Assembly (NCBI GenBank): GCA_963977015.1
Contig: CAXBMO010000004.1
Coordinates: forward strand, 389,061-453,060
Reading direction: 5' to 3'
From: an uncultured bacterium
GTDB lineage: Bacteria > Verrucomicrobiota > Verrucomicrobiia > Verrucomicrobiales > DEV007
Length of the DNA: 64,000 bases
Both the position numbers and the translations under genes were made by a program. Shown piece by piece: positions 39,868 through 51,698 of this stretch; position 1 is the stretch's first letter; each line of letters starts with the position of its first letter. Under the pieces are notes generated by a model. That model worked only from the letters and a program-made list of their open reading frames with translations, was not told the DNA's origin and searched no databases.

Positions 39868-40683
39868 TCACCAAACCACGGTGTACTTCACATCCCACTC
39901 CCGCTTTCCGGCTTCCTGACATTCCGGGCAGGACATTTTCCCATCGGGCGCTTTGGGCTTGGTCCCATCATTGGGCACGCGACGGAAACCGCGGCACTCC
40001 TGGCACTTCCGAAGTTCGGTCCGGCGAACCTCATAGTAATTGCCGTTCTTGAGGTGACTGAGGAAGCGTTCCTTGTCCATTTGCGGAGCGGCCGTCATCT
40101 TTTTGGTCGAAATGGTGGCGGCATATTTGGGAAGCGTTTCCGTGCCGGTGACCTCCTCCTGACTGATGGCTTCTCCATCGACCTCCAGTTTGACGCCGAA
40201 AAACGTGACCGCACCGTCGTCGCCATCCCCGAGTTTGACACGGCCTTTTTCGCCGGGCCTGGCATCCTGCGAGACAAAGCGCGTCACCTCCGTTTCGTGC
40301 GTGCCCACCTTCGCCATCTCGATGGGCGGAGACTGCTTCCCTTCCGCAATGGGCGGCCCGGGAATCTGGATCACCGCGACATCGCCGTCGTACTGGGCGA
40401 GATAGAGTTTTTCGGAGCGGTCCAGAACCTTCACAATGCGGAGGCGCTGCCCTTCCAGCATTTGCTTCTGCTCGGTAAACTCCTTTTTGGATTGGGCGTT
40501 GAAGGTCTTCGCGACGTCACCATAAATCGCCACAAGGCGCTCTCGCATCTCGGGAGCGTTCGACTTGCCCGCCTCGCTCACCCGGAACACCTCCTCCTTC
40601 TGATTTTGGGGTGGAGCAGGCAAGATCGCGACGCCCCAATGCGTGAGTAGAACGGCCAACCCCGCGATTTTCCAGAATTTCAT
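39868..40683 (-). CDS. Hypothetical secreted protein with C-terminal CxxC..CxxC
   Basis: Signal peptide; CQECRG and CPECQ motifs. Confidence 0.65.
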   Translation of the reverse strand: MKFWKIAGLAVLLTHWGVAILPAPPQNQKEEVFRVSEAGKSNAPEMRERLVAIYGDVAKTFNAQSKKEFTEQKQMLEGQRLRIVKVLDRSEKLYLAQYDGDVAVIQIPGPPIAEGKQSPPIEMAKVGTHETEVTRFVSQDARPGEKGRVKLGDGDDGAVTFFGVKLEVDGEAISQEEVTGTETLPKYAATISTKKMTAAPQMDKERFLSHLKNGNYYEVRRTELRKCQECRGFRRVPNDGTKPKAPDGKMSCPECQEAGKREWDVKYTVVW

Positions 40684-40718
40684 GGGTAAACTCTTGGCAT
40701 AATCTCGTGAAACCCACC

Positions 40719-42188
40719 ATGAAAAAGACCCTCGCGATTTTCACCGCGTCCTTCCTGCTCATCGGCTCGCTTCATGCCGAACTGGCCGGATCGAAGCCCA
40801 ACATCATCCTGCTGATCACGGACGATCAGGGATATGCACCGATGGGCGCACATGGCCATCCCTGGATTCAAACGCCAAATCTGGACGAACTCCACGCCAC
40901 CAGCACGCGATTTGAGCGCTTTCTCGTCAGCCCGACCTGTTCCCCGACCCGGGCTGCCCTGATGACGGGACGCCACCCGATGAAAAACGGAGTGACGCAC
41001 ACGATTCTGGAGCGCGAGCGCATGACGCTGAACGCCACGACCTTGCCTCAGGTGTTGAAATCCGCCGGCTACACCACGGGGATTTTCGGGAAATGGCACC
41101 TGGGCGACGAGCACGAATATCAGCCGGACCAACGCGGCTTTGACGAGACCTTCATCCACGGCGCCGGCGGCATCGGTCAGGCCTACAACTGCTCCTGCGC
41201 CGACGCTCCCGGAAACAAGTATTTCGATCCGGTGATTCGTCACAATGGCAGCTTTGTCAAAACCAGCGGCTATTGCACGGACCTCTTTTACAGCGCGGGA
41301 ATGGGTTGGATGAAGCAGGTGAAGGACGAGGGCGCGCCCTTTTTTGCCTACATCAGCACGAATGCGCCCCATAGTCCATTCATCGCCCCGCCTTCCAACA
41401 CGAAGAAGTTTACCGACCTTGGTTTTACCGAAAAAACGGCGGGATTCTACGGGATGATCGAGAACATCGACGAGAATGTCGGCCGGTTGCTTGGCAAGTT
41501 GGAAGTATGGGATTTGATGAAGAACACGGTCGTCATTTTCATGAGCGACAACGGCATGACGGGCGGAGGATCCGGAAAACCCGGCAAACCGCTGGCGGAA
41601 GGGTTTCCGTTCTCCAACGCCGGGATGAAGGGCTTGAAAAACTCAACCGACGAAGGCGGCATGCGCGTTCCGTTCCTGGTTCGTTGGGATGGGAAGATCG
41701 CAGCGGGACGCGAGATTGAAACCATCGCGGCGCATCTCGACATTTTGCCGACCCTTGCCGGATTGGCGGGAGCAACGATCCCGGAAAACCAGGTCGAGGG
41801 ACGCAGTTTGCTCCCCCTGATCGAAAACCCGGACGCAGCGTGGACCGACCGCTACTTCTTCACCCACAAGGCACGCTGGAAGACCGGGGCTGATCCGGAA
41901 GCCTCCAAATGGACCAATTTCGGGGTGCGGAACCAGAAGTATCGCTTGGTCGGCAAAAACGCGCTTTATGATATGGAAAGCGATCCCGGCCAAACCACCA
42001 ACGTCATTGAACAGAATCCGGAAGTGGCGGCGGAAATGCTGAACGTGTATGAGCAATTCTGGGCCGAAACCCGCCCGCTGATGGTGAACGAAGACGCTCC
42101 GATGTCGCCGACGCGGCCGTTCCACGTTTGGTACGAGGAACAGAAAAACGCGGGCGGGATCCCGGATTGGACGCCTCCGGCGTTGTAA
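40719..42188 (+). CDS. Arylsulfatase (formylglycine-dependent)
   Basis: PNIILLITDDQG, CSPTRAALMTGR, GKWHLG, SDNG. Confidence 0.95.
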   Translation: MKKTLAIFTASFLLIGSLHAELAGSKPNIILLITDDQGYAPMGAHGHPWIQTPNLDELHATSTRFERFLVSPTCSPTRAALMTGRHPMKNGVTHTILERERMTLNATTLPQVLKSAGYTTGIFGKWHLGDEHEYQPDQRGFDETFIHGAGGIGQAYNCSCADAPGNKYFDPVIRHNGSFVKTSGYCTDLFYSAGMGWMKQVKDEGAPFFAYISTNAPHSPFIAPPSNTKKFTDLGFTEKTAGFYGMIENIDENVGRLLGKLEVWDLMKNTVVIFMSDNGMTGGGSGKPGKPLAEGFPFSNAGMKGLKNSTDEGGMRVPFLVRWDGKIAAGREIETIAAHLDILPTLAGLAGATIPENQVEGRSLLPLIENPDAAWTDRYFFTHKARWKTGADPEASKWTNFGVRNQKYRLVGKNALYDMESDPGQTTNVIEQNPEVAAEMLNVYEQFWAETRPLMVNEDAPMSPTRPFHVWYEEQKNAGGIPDWTPPAL

Positions 42189-42195
42189 CCCCGAT

Positions 42196-42891
42196 TCAGC
42201 CGTTTCGCGGCACCACGAGCTGTTCGAGGCGAACTTTCGCGATCCGATTCGACGGAAGATAGCCGCGCCATTGGCTTCCGGGATAGAGGATGCAATCCCG
42301 ACCGACGACGCTGCCCGGGCTGAGCACGCTGTTGCAGCCAACTTCGGTGCGATCTCCAATGATCGCGCCGAATTTGCGCAGGCCGGACTCCAATTGCTCG
42401 GATTCCGTCGCCACGCGAACGTTCCGGCGATCGAGCCGGACATTGGACAGGATCACGCCCGCGCCAAGATGCGCTTTGTATCCGAGAACCGAATCTCCAA
42501 CGTAGTTGAAATGCGGGATTTCGGCGTGGTCAAAGAGCAGGCAGTTCTTGAACTCGCAGGAGTTTCCAAACATGACGCCTTCACCTGCGATGACGTTTTC
42601 CCGGATGTAGGCGCCACAGCGAATCGTGCAATTGGGGCCGATCCAGGCCGGTCCTTTGATCGTGGCGAAGGGCTCGACGACGGTTCCCTCCCCCAGTCTG
42701 ACGTGGGGACCGATTTCGGCGCGATCACTGACCGACGCCGTTCCGATCTCCTGGCTGGTGATCGCATCCGCGAGGTAGGGCTTGATGCGGCTCAGCGCGG
42801 ACCAAACCGGTTCGCCTTCCGCAAACAAGTCACCGTGCGCGGTGTGTTCGAAATCGAGAAAAGCCGCAGGATCGAATCGTTCGTCAGCCAT
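42196..42891 (-). CDS. Hexapeptide-repeat acetyltransferase (GlmU C-terminal-like)
   Basis: Left-handed beta-helix repeats; PHFNYVGDS, RKFGAIIGD. Confidence 0.85.
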   Translation of the reverse strand: MADERFDPAAFLDFEHTAHGDLFAEGEPVWSALSRIKPYLADAITSQEIGTASVSDRAEIGPHVRLGEGTVVEPFATIKGPAWIGPNCTIRCGAYIRENVIAGEGVMFGNSCEFKNCLLFDHAEIPHFNYVGDSVLGYKAHLGAGVILSNVRLDRRNVRVATESEQLESGLRKFGAIIGDRTEVGCNSVLSPGSVVGRDCILYPGSQWRGYLPSNRIAKVRLEQLVVPRNG

Positions 42892-42928
42892 GGAGTCGGG
42901 AAACTGGGAGAAACCACCCCATCGCGGC

Positions 42929-43495
42929 CTAAACCGTCATGATGTCCGCTTCCTTCTTCTCGAACTGGTCGTTGATTTTGGCGACGTGTTCGTCGGTCAA
43001 TCTCTGAACGTCCTTTTCGTAAAGCTTCTGGTCGTCTTCGGTAATCTCGTTGTTCTTTTTCGCGGTCTTGATCTTGTCCATCGCGTCGTGGCGCGACTTC
43101 CGGACGCCAACGCGAGCGTCTTCCGCCATTTGCGAGGCCATCTTCACGAGTTCCCGGCGTCGTTCCTCGGACAATTCAGGAATGGGGAGGCGAATCAGCT
43201 TACCATCGACACTGGGATTGATGCCCAGCTTGGACTCCTTCAACCCTTTTTCGATGTCGGCGGTCGTGCTCGGATCAAACGGCGATACCACCAGCAAACG
43301 CGGCTCGGGAGTGGTGATGATCGCGAGTTGCTTCAGCTTGCTGGTCGTTCCGTAACTCGCCACATGAACGTCGATATTTTCGACCAACGCCGGAGATGCC
43401 TTTCCCGTGCGCACGCTGGCAAATTCATGACTGAGGAATTCAACGGCTTTGTCCATCGACTCCTCGGTTTCGAGCATTATTTCATCCATTTCCAT
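42929..43495 (-). CDS. frr: Ribosome recycling factor
   Basis: VRTGKASP, PELSEERRRELVK, KKEADIM. Confidence 0.97.
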   Translation of the reverse strand: MEMDEIMLETEESMDKAVEFLSHEFASVRTGKASPALVENIDVHVASYGTTSKLKQLAIITTPEPRLLVVSPFDPSTTADIEKGLKESKLGINPSVDGKLIRLPIPELSEERRRELVKMASQMAEDARVGVRKSRHDAMDKIKTAKKNNEITEDDQKLYEKDVQRLTDEHVAKINDQFEKKEADIMTV

Positions 43496-43533
43496 GGCAA
43501 TAATCCTAGGGTAGAGATTTGGACTTGTCAGCC

Positions 43534-44274
43534 CTAATTCTCGTCCGCTGTCACAAGGGTTCCGACACGCTCACCGAGAAGCGCTTTGCGGATGTTGTCA
43601 TCCTTCCGAATATCAAAAACCACCACGGGCACGCGATTGTCGCCGCAGAGGCTGAAAGCCGTCGCGTCCATCACTTTGAGATTCAGGCGGAGCGCGTCGG
43701 CAAACGTCAATGTTTCGAATCGCTTCGCGTCCGGATTCTTCTTGGGATCGGAATCGTAAACGCCGTCGACCATGGTCGCCTTCAAAATCGCATCGGCTCC
43801 GATCTCCGTGCCGCGCAAAGCCGCTGCCGTATCGGTTGAAAAGAACGGATTCCCGGTTCCGGCGCCAAAAACGACGACGCGCCCGCGTTCGAGGTGGCGA
43901 ACGGCCAAGCGCCGAATGAAGGGCTCGGCCACGTTCTTCATCTCGATCGCCGTCTGGCAGCGCGCCGGCACATCCATCGCTTCGAGCATGCTTTGCAGGG
44001 CGAGCGAATTCATGACCGTTGCCAGCATGCCGACATAGTCGGCCGTCGCGCGCTCCATTCCGCGCATCTCAGCGCTTGCACCCCTCCAGAAGTTTCCTCC
44101 TCCAACCACGATTGCGATCTCCAATCCGGTTTGATGAGCTTGTTTTACCTGGGAAGCCAGGTTGGCGACAATTTCGGGTGAAATGTTGTCTTGACTACCG
44201 GGCTCTCGGAGAGCCTCGCCGCTAAGTTTGAGGACAACCCGTTTGAATGGTCGCCGGTCGGTGTCTGATGGCAT
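43534..44274 (-). CDS. pyrH: Uridylate kinase
   Basis: LKLSGEAL, GGGNFWRG, GTGNPFFSTD, DGVYDSDP. Confidence 0.97.
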   Translation of the reverse strand: MPSDTDRRPFKRVVLKLSGEALREPGSQDNISPEIVANLASQVKQAHQTGLEIAIVVGGGNFWRGASAEMRGMERATADYVGMLATVMNSLALQSMLEAMDVPARCQTAIEMKNVAEPFIRRLAVRHLERGRVVVFGAGTGNPFFSTDTAAALRGTEIGADAILKATMVDGVYDSDPKKNPDAKRFETLTFADALRLNLKVMDATAFSLCGDNRVPVVVFDIRKDDNIRKALLGERVGTLVTADEN

Positions 44275-44335
44275 CTTAAGCAACAACCAAAGCAAAGGTG
44301 GGGTGCAGTTGCAACGTGGTTTTAAAGCGACCTTT

Positions 44336-44350
44336 TGGCACGGACACTGC
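44336..44350 (+). promoter_or_regulatory. Candidate sigma54 (-24/-12) promoter
   Basis: TGGCACGGACACTGC: GG-N10-GC. Confidence 0.55.
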
Positions 44351-44542
44351 TCAATGTGACAATCTCGTTACATTCAAATCACCAACTTCTCCAAATTGAC
44401 AAAATCAGCCTGCGCAAACTGGAATTTCTGGAACCCGTCCAACGGCGTTTTTCGGGAGTTTTTACGGTTCAGATGCTGAATCGGGGGCCGTTGCCTTCAT
44501 TCCCGCTCTGGACGTCTTGCGTGGCACAACCACCACAGACCA

Positions 44543-44971
44543 ATGAGCCACTTGTTCAATTCCAGACACCTGTCCACCCTCCTCGCTGCCTCCTTGTTTG
44601 CATGCGTTGCCTCCCCCGGAGCCGGAAACGCGGCCGATGAAATGATTCGGGAGAATGCGGAACGCACGGTTTACAAGATCGAAGAAAACAAAGCATTTCA
44701 GGCGGAATTATCCGGCTGGAGGATCCTCATTTTTGGCCCGGTGGAAGATCACCAGACCGAGCCCGCGCTCATTCGATTTGCCGGAGAGCCCAAAGAAGTT
44801 CGGCATCCGATTCTGCGTGAGAAAATGATGGTGTTCATGGGACAGGATGGGGAGCACGCGCAGATTGAGTTCACGATTTGGGGGCCGGCGACGATCGTCG
44901 TCGAAAAAGAGCGCCCCAAAGTGGCCAGCGACGTCGCCTCTGCCGGGAAGGCGGAGTCGCCGCTGGGCTGA
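44543..44971 (+). CDS. Hypothetical secreted protein
   Basis: Signal peptide; 142 aa. Confidence 0.6.
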   Translation: MSHLFNSRHLSTLLAASLFACVASPGAGNAADEMIRENAERTVYKIEENKAFQAELSGWRILIFGPVEDHQTEPALIRFAGEPKEVRHPILREKMMVFMGQDGEHAQIEFTIWGPATIVVEKERPKVASDVASAGKAESPLG

Positions 44972-45076
44972 CTTCTGCTCTTTCACCCGTTTCCGGCGCC
45001 AAAACCGGATTTCGGGCAATGACGCGATTCATTTTTTGCAAAAGCGGAGCTCCGTTCCGAGAGTGGCTCCCAGTGC

Positions 45077-48000
45077 ATGAATTTTGAGGTTTCTGTCCCG
45101 ATACTCATCGAGAAAGTTCAACCGGAAGGCGAGCAGGCTTACTACCGCTCCCGACCGGTATTTATTGATGGATTTGAGTGCACAGATTCACGCGAAGACC
45201 GCGCCATGCGGTTTCTGCGGGAGCGGCTGAGAGCAGCGTTTACGGAAAACGCGGCGAGTTTGCGTCACGACATCATCGCGAAATGGAGTTTTCATCCCGA
45301 ACTCAAGCATCGCCGTCTCGACATGAACCTGACGCTGCGCAAGCACACGCTTCGCATGCAGCTGTTTGTGGTAACGTTCAAGGCGCTGGATCGAACCCTC
45401 GTTTCCAGCCCCCAAATCGCGGATGTCTGCTTTGAGGTCTTTCAGGGAGAAAGCCTTCAGCATCGCGCGGAGGTCGTTTATACGGAGCATTTCCGTTACC
45501 TCGAGAAAAAGGGCGTCGACTTTACCGGGTATCAATTCAGCGAAATCGCCTACGCCCACATCGACACGATCGATCTGAAGATTTCGGCGACGCAACGCAT
45601 TCCGGCCGAAGACGAGGATCGCCCCTTCGCGTTTCTCGGGATGCAGCAGGAGGTCTCCGGAGCGCAGGAGCTCGAGCGAACCGGTCGTTGCCTGAATCGA
45701 CTGTTTCCCAATGACCTGATGCGGGCGATGTCGCGCGAGGAGGAACTGCGCCAGCTGACGGAATGGTTTCAAAGAAAGCGGCGCAAACATGATGCAGAGG
45801 TTCCGCCACCGTTGGTGATCGTCGGCCCCAATCAGGTCGGGAAAACGGCGCTGATTCACGAGTGGGTCTTTCGGGCGTGTGAAGGCGACGAAAAGAAGCG
45901 GCCCACGGTTTGGCTGCTGTCTCCCCAACGATTGATTTCGGGAATGAGCTACCTGGGCCAGTGGGAAGAGCGCGTTATCTCGATACTGGAAGAAGCCGTC
46001 AAAGAGCAATTGATCCTCTATTTTGACGATCTGATTGGCCTGTTTCATGCCGGGAAAAGCCGGGACGCCAACTTGACCGTCGGGCAGGTGTTGAAGCTGC
46101 ACATGGAAGAAGGGAAGCTGCGGATCGTGGCCGAAGCGACGCCAGCGGCATGGCGAAAAATGCGCGAGGTCGATCGGGCCTTTGCCGATTTGTTCACCGT
46201 GATTCACCTGCGCGAACCGGCTGAAATCGAGACCCTCCGAATCCTGATCCGCACGATCCAGGATCTGGAGCAACAACATGGCTGCGTCTTCACGCCCGAT
46301 ATTTTGCCGTTGGTGATGGAATTGCCACGCCGCTTCGTCCGCGGACGCGCCTTTCCCGGCAAAGGCGCGGAAATCCTGCGCCAGGTTGCGGCAACCCATC
46401 CCGGTGAGGAGATTGGGAAGCCCCAGCTTTACCAGTTTTTCGAGAACAAGACCGGGATTCGCCAGCGGTTCATGGATCGGGCTCAGCAACTCGAAACCCA
46501 GGCGGTCGAAAGCTTTTTTCAGGAACGGATTCTCGGGCAGGACCTGGCGCTCAAGTCGATGGTCGACACGATCGTGCTGGCCAAGGCGCAACTGAACGAT
46601 CCGGAACGCCCCATTGCCTCGATGCTCTTTCTCGGCCCAACCGGGGTCGGCAAAACAGAATGCGCCAAAACGCTGGCCGAGTTTTACTTCGGGACGCCCG
46701 ATCGCCTGCTGCGATTCGACATGAACGAGTTCAATGGCTGGGACGCGCTTCCCCGGTTGATCGGAACCTTTGGCGGGCGCCAGGGAATCTTGACCGGAGC
46801 GGTGCGCCGGCGACCTCACGCGGTGATTCTGCTCGACGAAATCGAAAAGGCGAATCCCGATGTCTTTGATCTCCTGCTTCAGGTTCTCGACGATGGCCGG
46901 CTGACCGATGCGAACGGGGTTACCACGGACTTCTGCAACGCAATCATCATTTTAACGTCGAACCTGGGAGCACGGGACGCGCGAAGTCGAATCGGGTTCA
47001 GCAGCGTGGATCAGGAGGACACCGAGGTGTATCTGAATGCCGCTCGCCAATTTTTCCGGCCCGAGTTTTTCAACCGCCTCGACAAAGTGGTCGCCTTCCA
47101 CGAACTCGGTCGCGAGCACATTGAAGGCATTGTCCGAAACCTGGTAAGCCGCGCCTTGCAACGTCAGGGACTCTTTCAACGTCAGATGAGCCTTTCGCTG
47201 GATCCCGAGGTGTTTGATCACCTTGCCCAACTCGGCTTTCAGAAGGAATACGGAGCCCGGGCCCTGCGCCGCGCCGTCGAAGATCACCTGGTTGAGCCGC
47301 TCGCGATGCAGCTCAGCGTCACGACCGGGCGACGTCCCGCGTTTATCCGTGGCGGCGTCCGCGATGGTCAGATTCACCTGGGCGTTCACGAGTTGAGCGC
47401 CGTGCCAATGCAAAGTCTCGGCCCGATCAAGATGCCGGCCCGCAGAGCGCTCAGCCTCTCACGGGCGGCCAACAAATTCGTTCAGCGGATCGACGCCGAG
47501 ATGGATCAGTGGCACGAATCTGAAGGCGACGAACTGAGCAAGATTGACCAACACTACTACTCCGTTCGCGAGCAGTTGATGGAACTCCGCCGCGCGAGAG
47601 ACAAGCTGCAACACTCCGCGGAAGGCGCCGCCCAACCCGGACAACGCCGCCGTCACGTCCAGAAACCCAGCCGTTTCGGACACCAACCCAAACAACTCTA
47701 CATCGGCCAACGCGACACCGAGGCGTTGTTGAACGAGATGTTTGAGAGCCCGGATTCGGGAACCGTTCTCGAGCAACTCGCGGAGCAATCCCAGGTGCTC
47801 GACCCGGTAAGCCACCAGGCAAACCAACTCGTTCAGCATGGCCGGGAAGTTCAGTATCTCAGTAAACCCAGCTTCGCGTTTCCGGATCGGATGTTGGTGC
47901 GTTTTCACCTCAACCGCACCGACCTCAAGAGCAACGCGGTCGAGGGCCGGTTCGAAGTCTACAAACACTGGATCGAGAGCTACGTCCGATTGTTTCAGAA

Positions 48001-48445
48001 CGCCCCTGCCCTCTCCAAAAAGATCGTCTGGTATCACCCGGAGCAGGATCGCGTGGAAACCTTCGCCGAGTATTCGGTCGCCAACTTCCTCGCCAGCGAC
48101 ACCTACTTCCTCTACGGCGAAGGCCCCGGATTCCGCCAGCTTCTGCAACGGGAATCCGGGTTGGAGCTGTTCTGTTTTGCCAGCCAGGGATTCGAATACG
48201 GCGGAATCGAAGTCGTGCCGTTGCGCAAAAAGGAATCCATCTCAAAAGCGTGTCGCCGGCTCAATGGTGAGACGCCGCAGATGATGGAACGCTCGACCGA
48301 GATCTTCCGGATTCGCCATGAACGCGGCTGGGTTTTGGACCTGAAATCCGGAATCCTGACCCAAAACCCCAAAGTCAGCCTCTGGGCCTTCCTCATGCCC
48401 ATGCTCGACCTCCCCAAAGAATTCGCCGGAAACGGATCCGGCTAA
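45077..48445 (+). CDS. ClpA/B-related double AAA+ ATPase with atypical termini
   Basis: GPNQVGKT and GPTGVGKT Walker A; LLDEIEKA, DDGRLTD, RPEFFNRLD, YGARALRR. Confidence 0.85.
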   Translation: MNFEVSVPILIEKVQPEGEQAYYRSRPVFIDGFECTDSREDRAMRFLRERLRAAFTENAASLRHDIIAKWSFHPELKHRRLDMNLTLRKHTLRMQLFVVTFKALDRTLVSSPQIADVCFEVFQGESLQHRAEVVYTEHFRYLEKKGVDFTGYQFSEIAYAHIDTIDLKISATQRIPAEDEDRPFAFLGMQQEVSGAQELERTGRCLNRLFPNDLMRAMSREEELRQLTEWFQRKRRKHDAEVPPPLVIVGPNQVGKTALIHEWVFRACEGDEKKRPTVWLLSPQRLISGMSYLGQWEERVISILEEAVKEQLILYFDDLIGLFHAGKSRDANLTVGQVLKLHMEEGKLRIVAEATPAAWRKMREVDRAFADLFTVIHLREPAEIETLRILIRTIQDLEQQHGCVFTPDILPLVMELPRRFVRGRAFPGKGAEILRQVAATHPGEEIGKPQLYQFFENKTGIRQRFMDRAQQLETQAVESFFQERILGQDLALKSMVDTIVLAKAQLNDPERPIASMLFLGPTGVGKTECAKTLAEFYFGTPDRLLRFDMNEFNGWDALPRLIGTFGGRQGILTGAVRRRPHAVILLDEIEKANPDVFDLLLQVLDDGRLTDANGVTTDFCNAIIILTSNLGARDARSRIGFSSVDQEDTEVYLNAARQFFRPEFFNRLDKVVAFHELGREHIEGIVRNLVSRALQRQGLFQRQMSLSLDPEVFDHLAQLGFQKEYGARALRRAVEDHLVEPLAMQLSVTTGRRPAFIRGGVRDGQIHLGVHELSAVPMQSLGPIKMPARRALSLSRAANKFVQRIDAEMDQWHESEGDELSKIDQHYYSVREQLMELRRARDKLQHSAEGAAQPGQRRRHVQKPSRFGHQPKQLYIGQRDTEALLNEMFESPDSGTVLEQLAEQSQVLDPVSHQANQLVQHGREVQYLSKPSFAFPDRMLVRFHLNRTDLKSNAVEGRFEVYKHWIESYVRLFQNAPALSKKIVWYHPEQDRVETFAEYSVANFLASDTYFLYGEGPGFRQLLQRESGLELFCFASQGFEYGGIEVVPLRKKESISKACRRLNGETPQMMERSTEIFRIRHERGWVLDLKSGILTQNPKVSLWAFLMPMLDLPKEFAGNGSG

Positions 48446-48459
48446 CCCCTTTTTGCTCC

Positions 48460-49332
48460 ATGCGGCTGAAAATCTTTCATCGAACCACCTATACTTATGG
48501 CCTTCCCGCCCGTTCCAACATCAACGAGCTTCGGCTGGCCCCGGAGGAAACCCATCGCCAGCAACCCGGCCCCCTCCAGATTCGGGTAACGCCGAATTCA
48601 GAGCTCGATGAGGCGCGCGATCTCTTCGGTAACCTGGTTCATTCGTTCGAAGTTGAAGAGAAGCACGCCACCCTGGAGATCATTGCGGAATCTGAAGTCC
48701 AAACCCACTTCGATCCCACCCTGCCAGAGATGGCCCATCAAATCGAGCTGCCTGATTCCCCGGAAATTGAGGACGATTTGGTTCACGATTTCCTGGTCGA
48801 CTGCACCTTTGTCGAGCGGAATACCGCGATTTGGCGCGAAGCCGTCGACATCCGGCTGAATTGCGAAGCCACCTATGGATCCGTCGTGCAGGGGCTCAGT
48901 GACTTCATTTTCGAATCCTGCACCTATCGAGAGCAGATCGTTCACCTCATGACGACGGCGGCCGAAGTTCAGAGTGAAAAGATCGGAACCTGCCAGGATT
49001 TCGCGCATCTCCTGCTCGCCTACTGCCGCGCCCTCGGCATTCCGGCCCGCTACATCAGCGGCTATCTGTATGACCCGGGAATTGAAGCCGCCACGCAGCC
49101 GGAGTTCATTGGCGCGGAATCAACGCACGCCTGGGTTGAGGTTTATGTGCCTCAAGTCGGTTGGATTGGCATTGATCCCACCAACCGCCGTTGGGTTGAC
49201 GAACACTATGTGACGGTGGCCTTCGGAAGGGACTATCACGACGTGGCTCCAGTCCGGGGAAGTCTGCTCGGAGGCGGACGACGCCGGACCATTGACGTCG
49301 AGGTGGCTGTCAAAGCCCTTCCGGACGCCTAG
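48460..49332 (+). CDS. Transglutaminase family protein
   Basis: IFHRTTYTY, GTCQDFAH, HAWVEV, DPTN, GRDYHDVAP. Confidence 0.92.
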   Translation: MRLKIFHRTTYTYGLPARSNINELRLAPEETHRQQPGPLQIRVTPNSELDEARDLFGNLVHSFEVEEKHATLEIIAESEVQTHFDPTLPEMAHQIELPDSPEIEDDLVHDFLVDCTFVERNTAIWREAVDIRLNCEATYGSVVQGLSDFIFESCTYREQIVHLMTTAAEVQSEKIGTCQDFAHLLLAYCRALGIPARYISGYLYDPGIEAATQPEFIGAESTHAWVEVYVPQVGWIGIDPTNRRWVDEHYVTVAFGRDYHDVAPVRGSLLGGGRRRTIDVEVAVKALPDA

Positions 49333-49490
49333 ATTCATGGATGGGACACCAAAGTGGTAAGAAAGTTACCCATTGGTGGTTTCGTGGTGATCTAAAGAGC
49401 GGCCCCAAACAGGCCATGCCAAGGTGTGGATTTTTCTGAACATTTTTAATCCCCTTATAACAAGCTAGTTATACCTTTCGCGTAAGATCT

Positions 49491-49505
49491 TGGCACAGAA
49501 GGCGC
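49491..49505 (+). promoter_or_regulatory. Candidate sigma54 (-24/-12) promoter
   Basis: TGGCACAGAAGGCGC: GG-N10-GC, about 75 nt before the small ORF. Confidence 0.55.
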
Positions 49506-49580
49506 TTAATAAGGGACCATCGAAACAAAACAGTTTCCTCATCAGAAAACTCAATCTTTAACCTTACACCATCTACGAAA

Positions 49581-49784
49581 ATGAAAGATCCAATCATCAC
49601 TTACCGCGGAGTTTCAGCCCACCTGTCCGACCTCCAGGACCAACGCACCGATCAGCTGCAGCAGCAGCAAGGTAGCCAACTCGTTCAGTATCGCGGAGCC
49701 TCTGGCCCCGTGAACACTCAGCCCCATCAGAAAAAGACGGTCGAAGTGACCTACCGCGGAGCAACTGGCTCTGTCGAGCGCTGA
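49581..49784 (+). CDS. Small protein with three YRG repeats (DUF4278-like)
   Basis: ITYRGV, VQYRGA, VTYRGA; own promoter candidate and terminator. Confidence 0.75.
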   Translation: MKDPIITYRGVSAHLSDLQDQRTDQLQQQQGSQLVQYRGASGPVNTQPHQKKTVEVTYRGATGSVER

Positions 49785-49809
49785 CCGAATCAGCTAAAAA
49801 AACCCAATT

Positions 49810-49840
49810 GGGCGGTCTGGAATCCAGGCCGCCCTTTTTT
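49810..49840 (+). terminator. Rho-independent terminator
   Basis: GGGCGGTCTGG-AAT-CCAGGCCGCCC followed by a T run. Confidence 0.8.
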
Positions 49841-49934
49841 GTGCGCGGACGCTGAGGGCACGAATCATTCCAGCGCGCCCGAACACCAAGCATTCCCAGG
49901 CGTCCCTTACCTGCAGCGACCTCCTCACCAGGCA

Positions 49935-49969
49935 CAAAAAAACCGGCCGAGTCTTTCGACTCGACCGGC
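49935..49969 (-). terminator. Terminator of groEL operon
   Basis: CCGGCCGAGTC-TTTC-GACTCGACCGG preceded by an A run on + strand. Confidence 0.8.
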
Positions 49970-50008
49970 TGAGTTTTGGTATTGCTGTTTGAAAAGCAAT
50001 TTCCAGCG

Positions 50009-51670
<1,662 letters not shown>

Positions 51671-51698
51671 TTAAAGGTGTCTTAGGTGACTCTGACGG

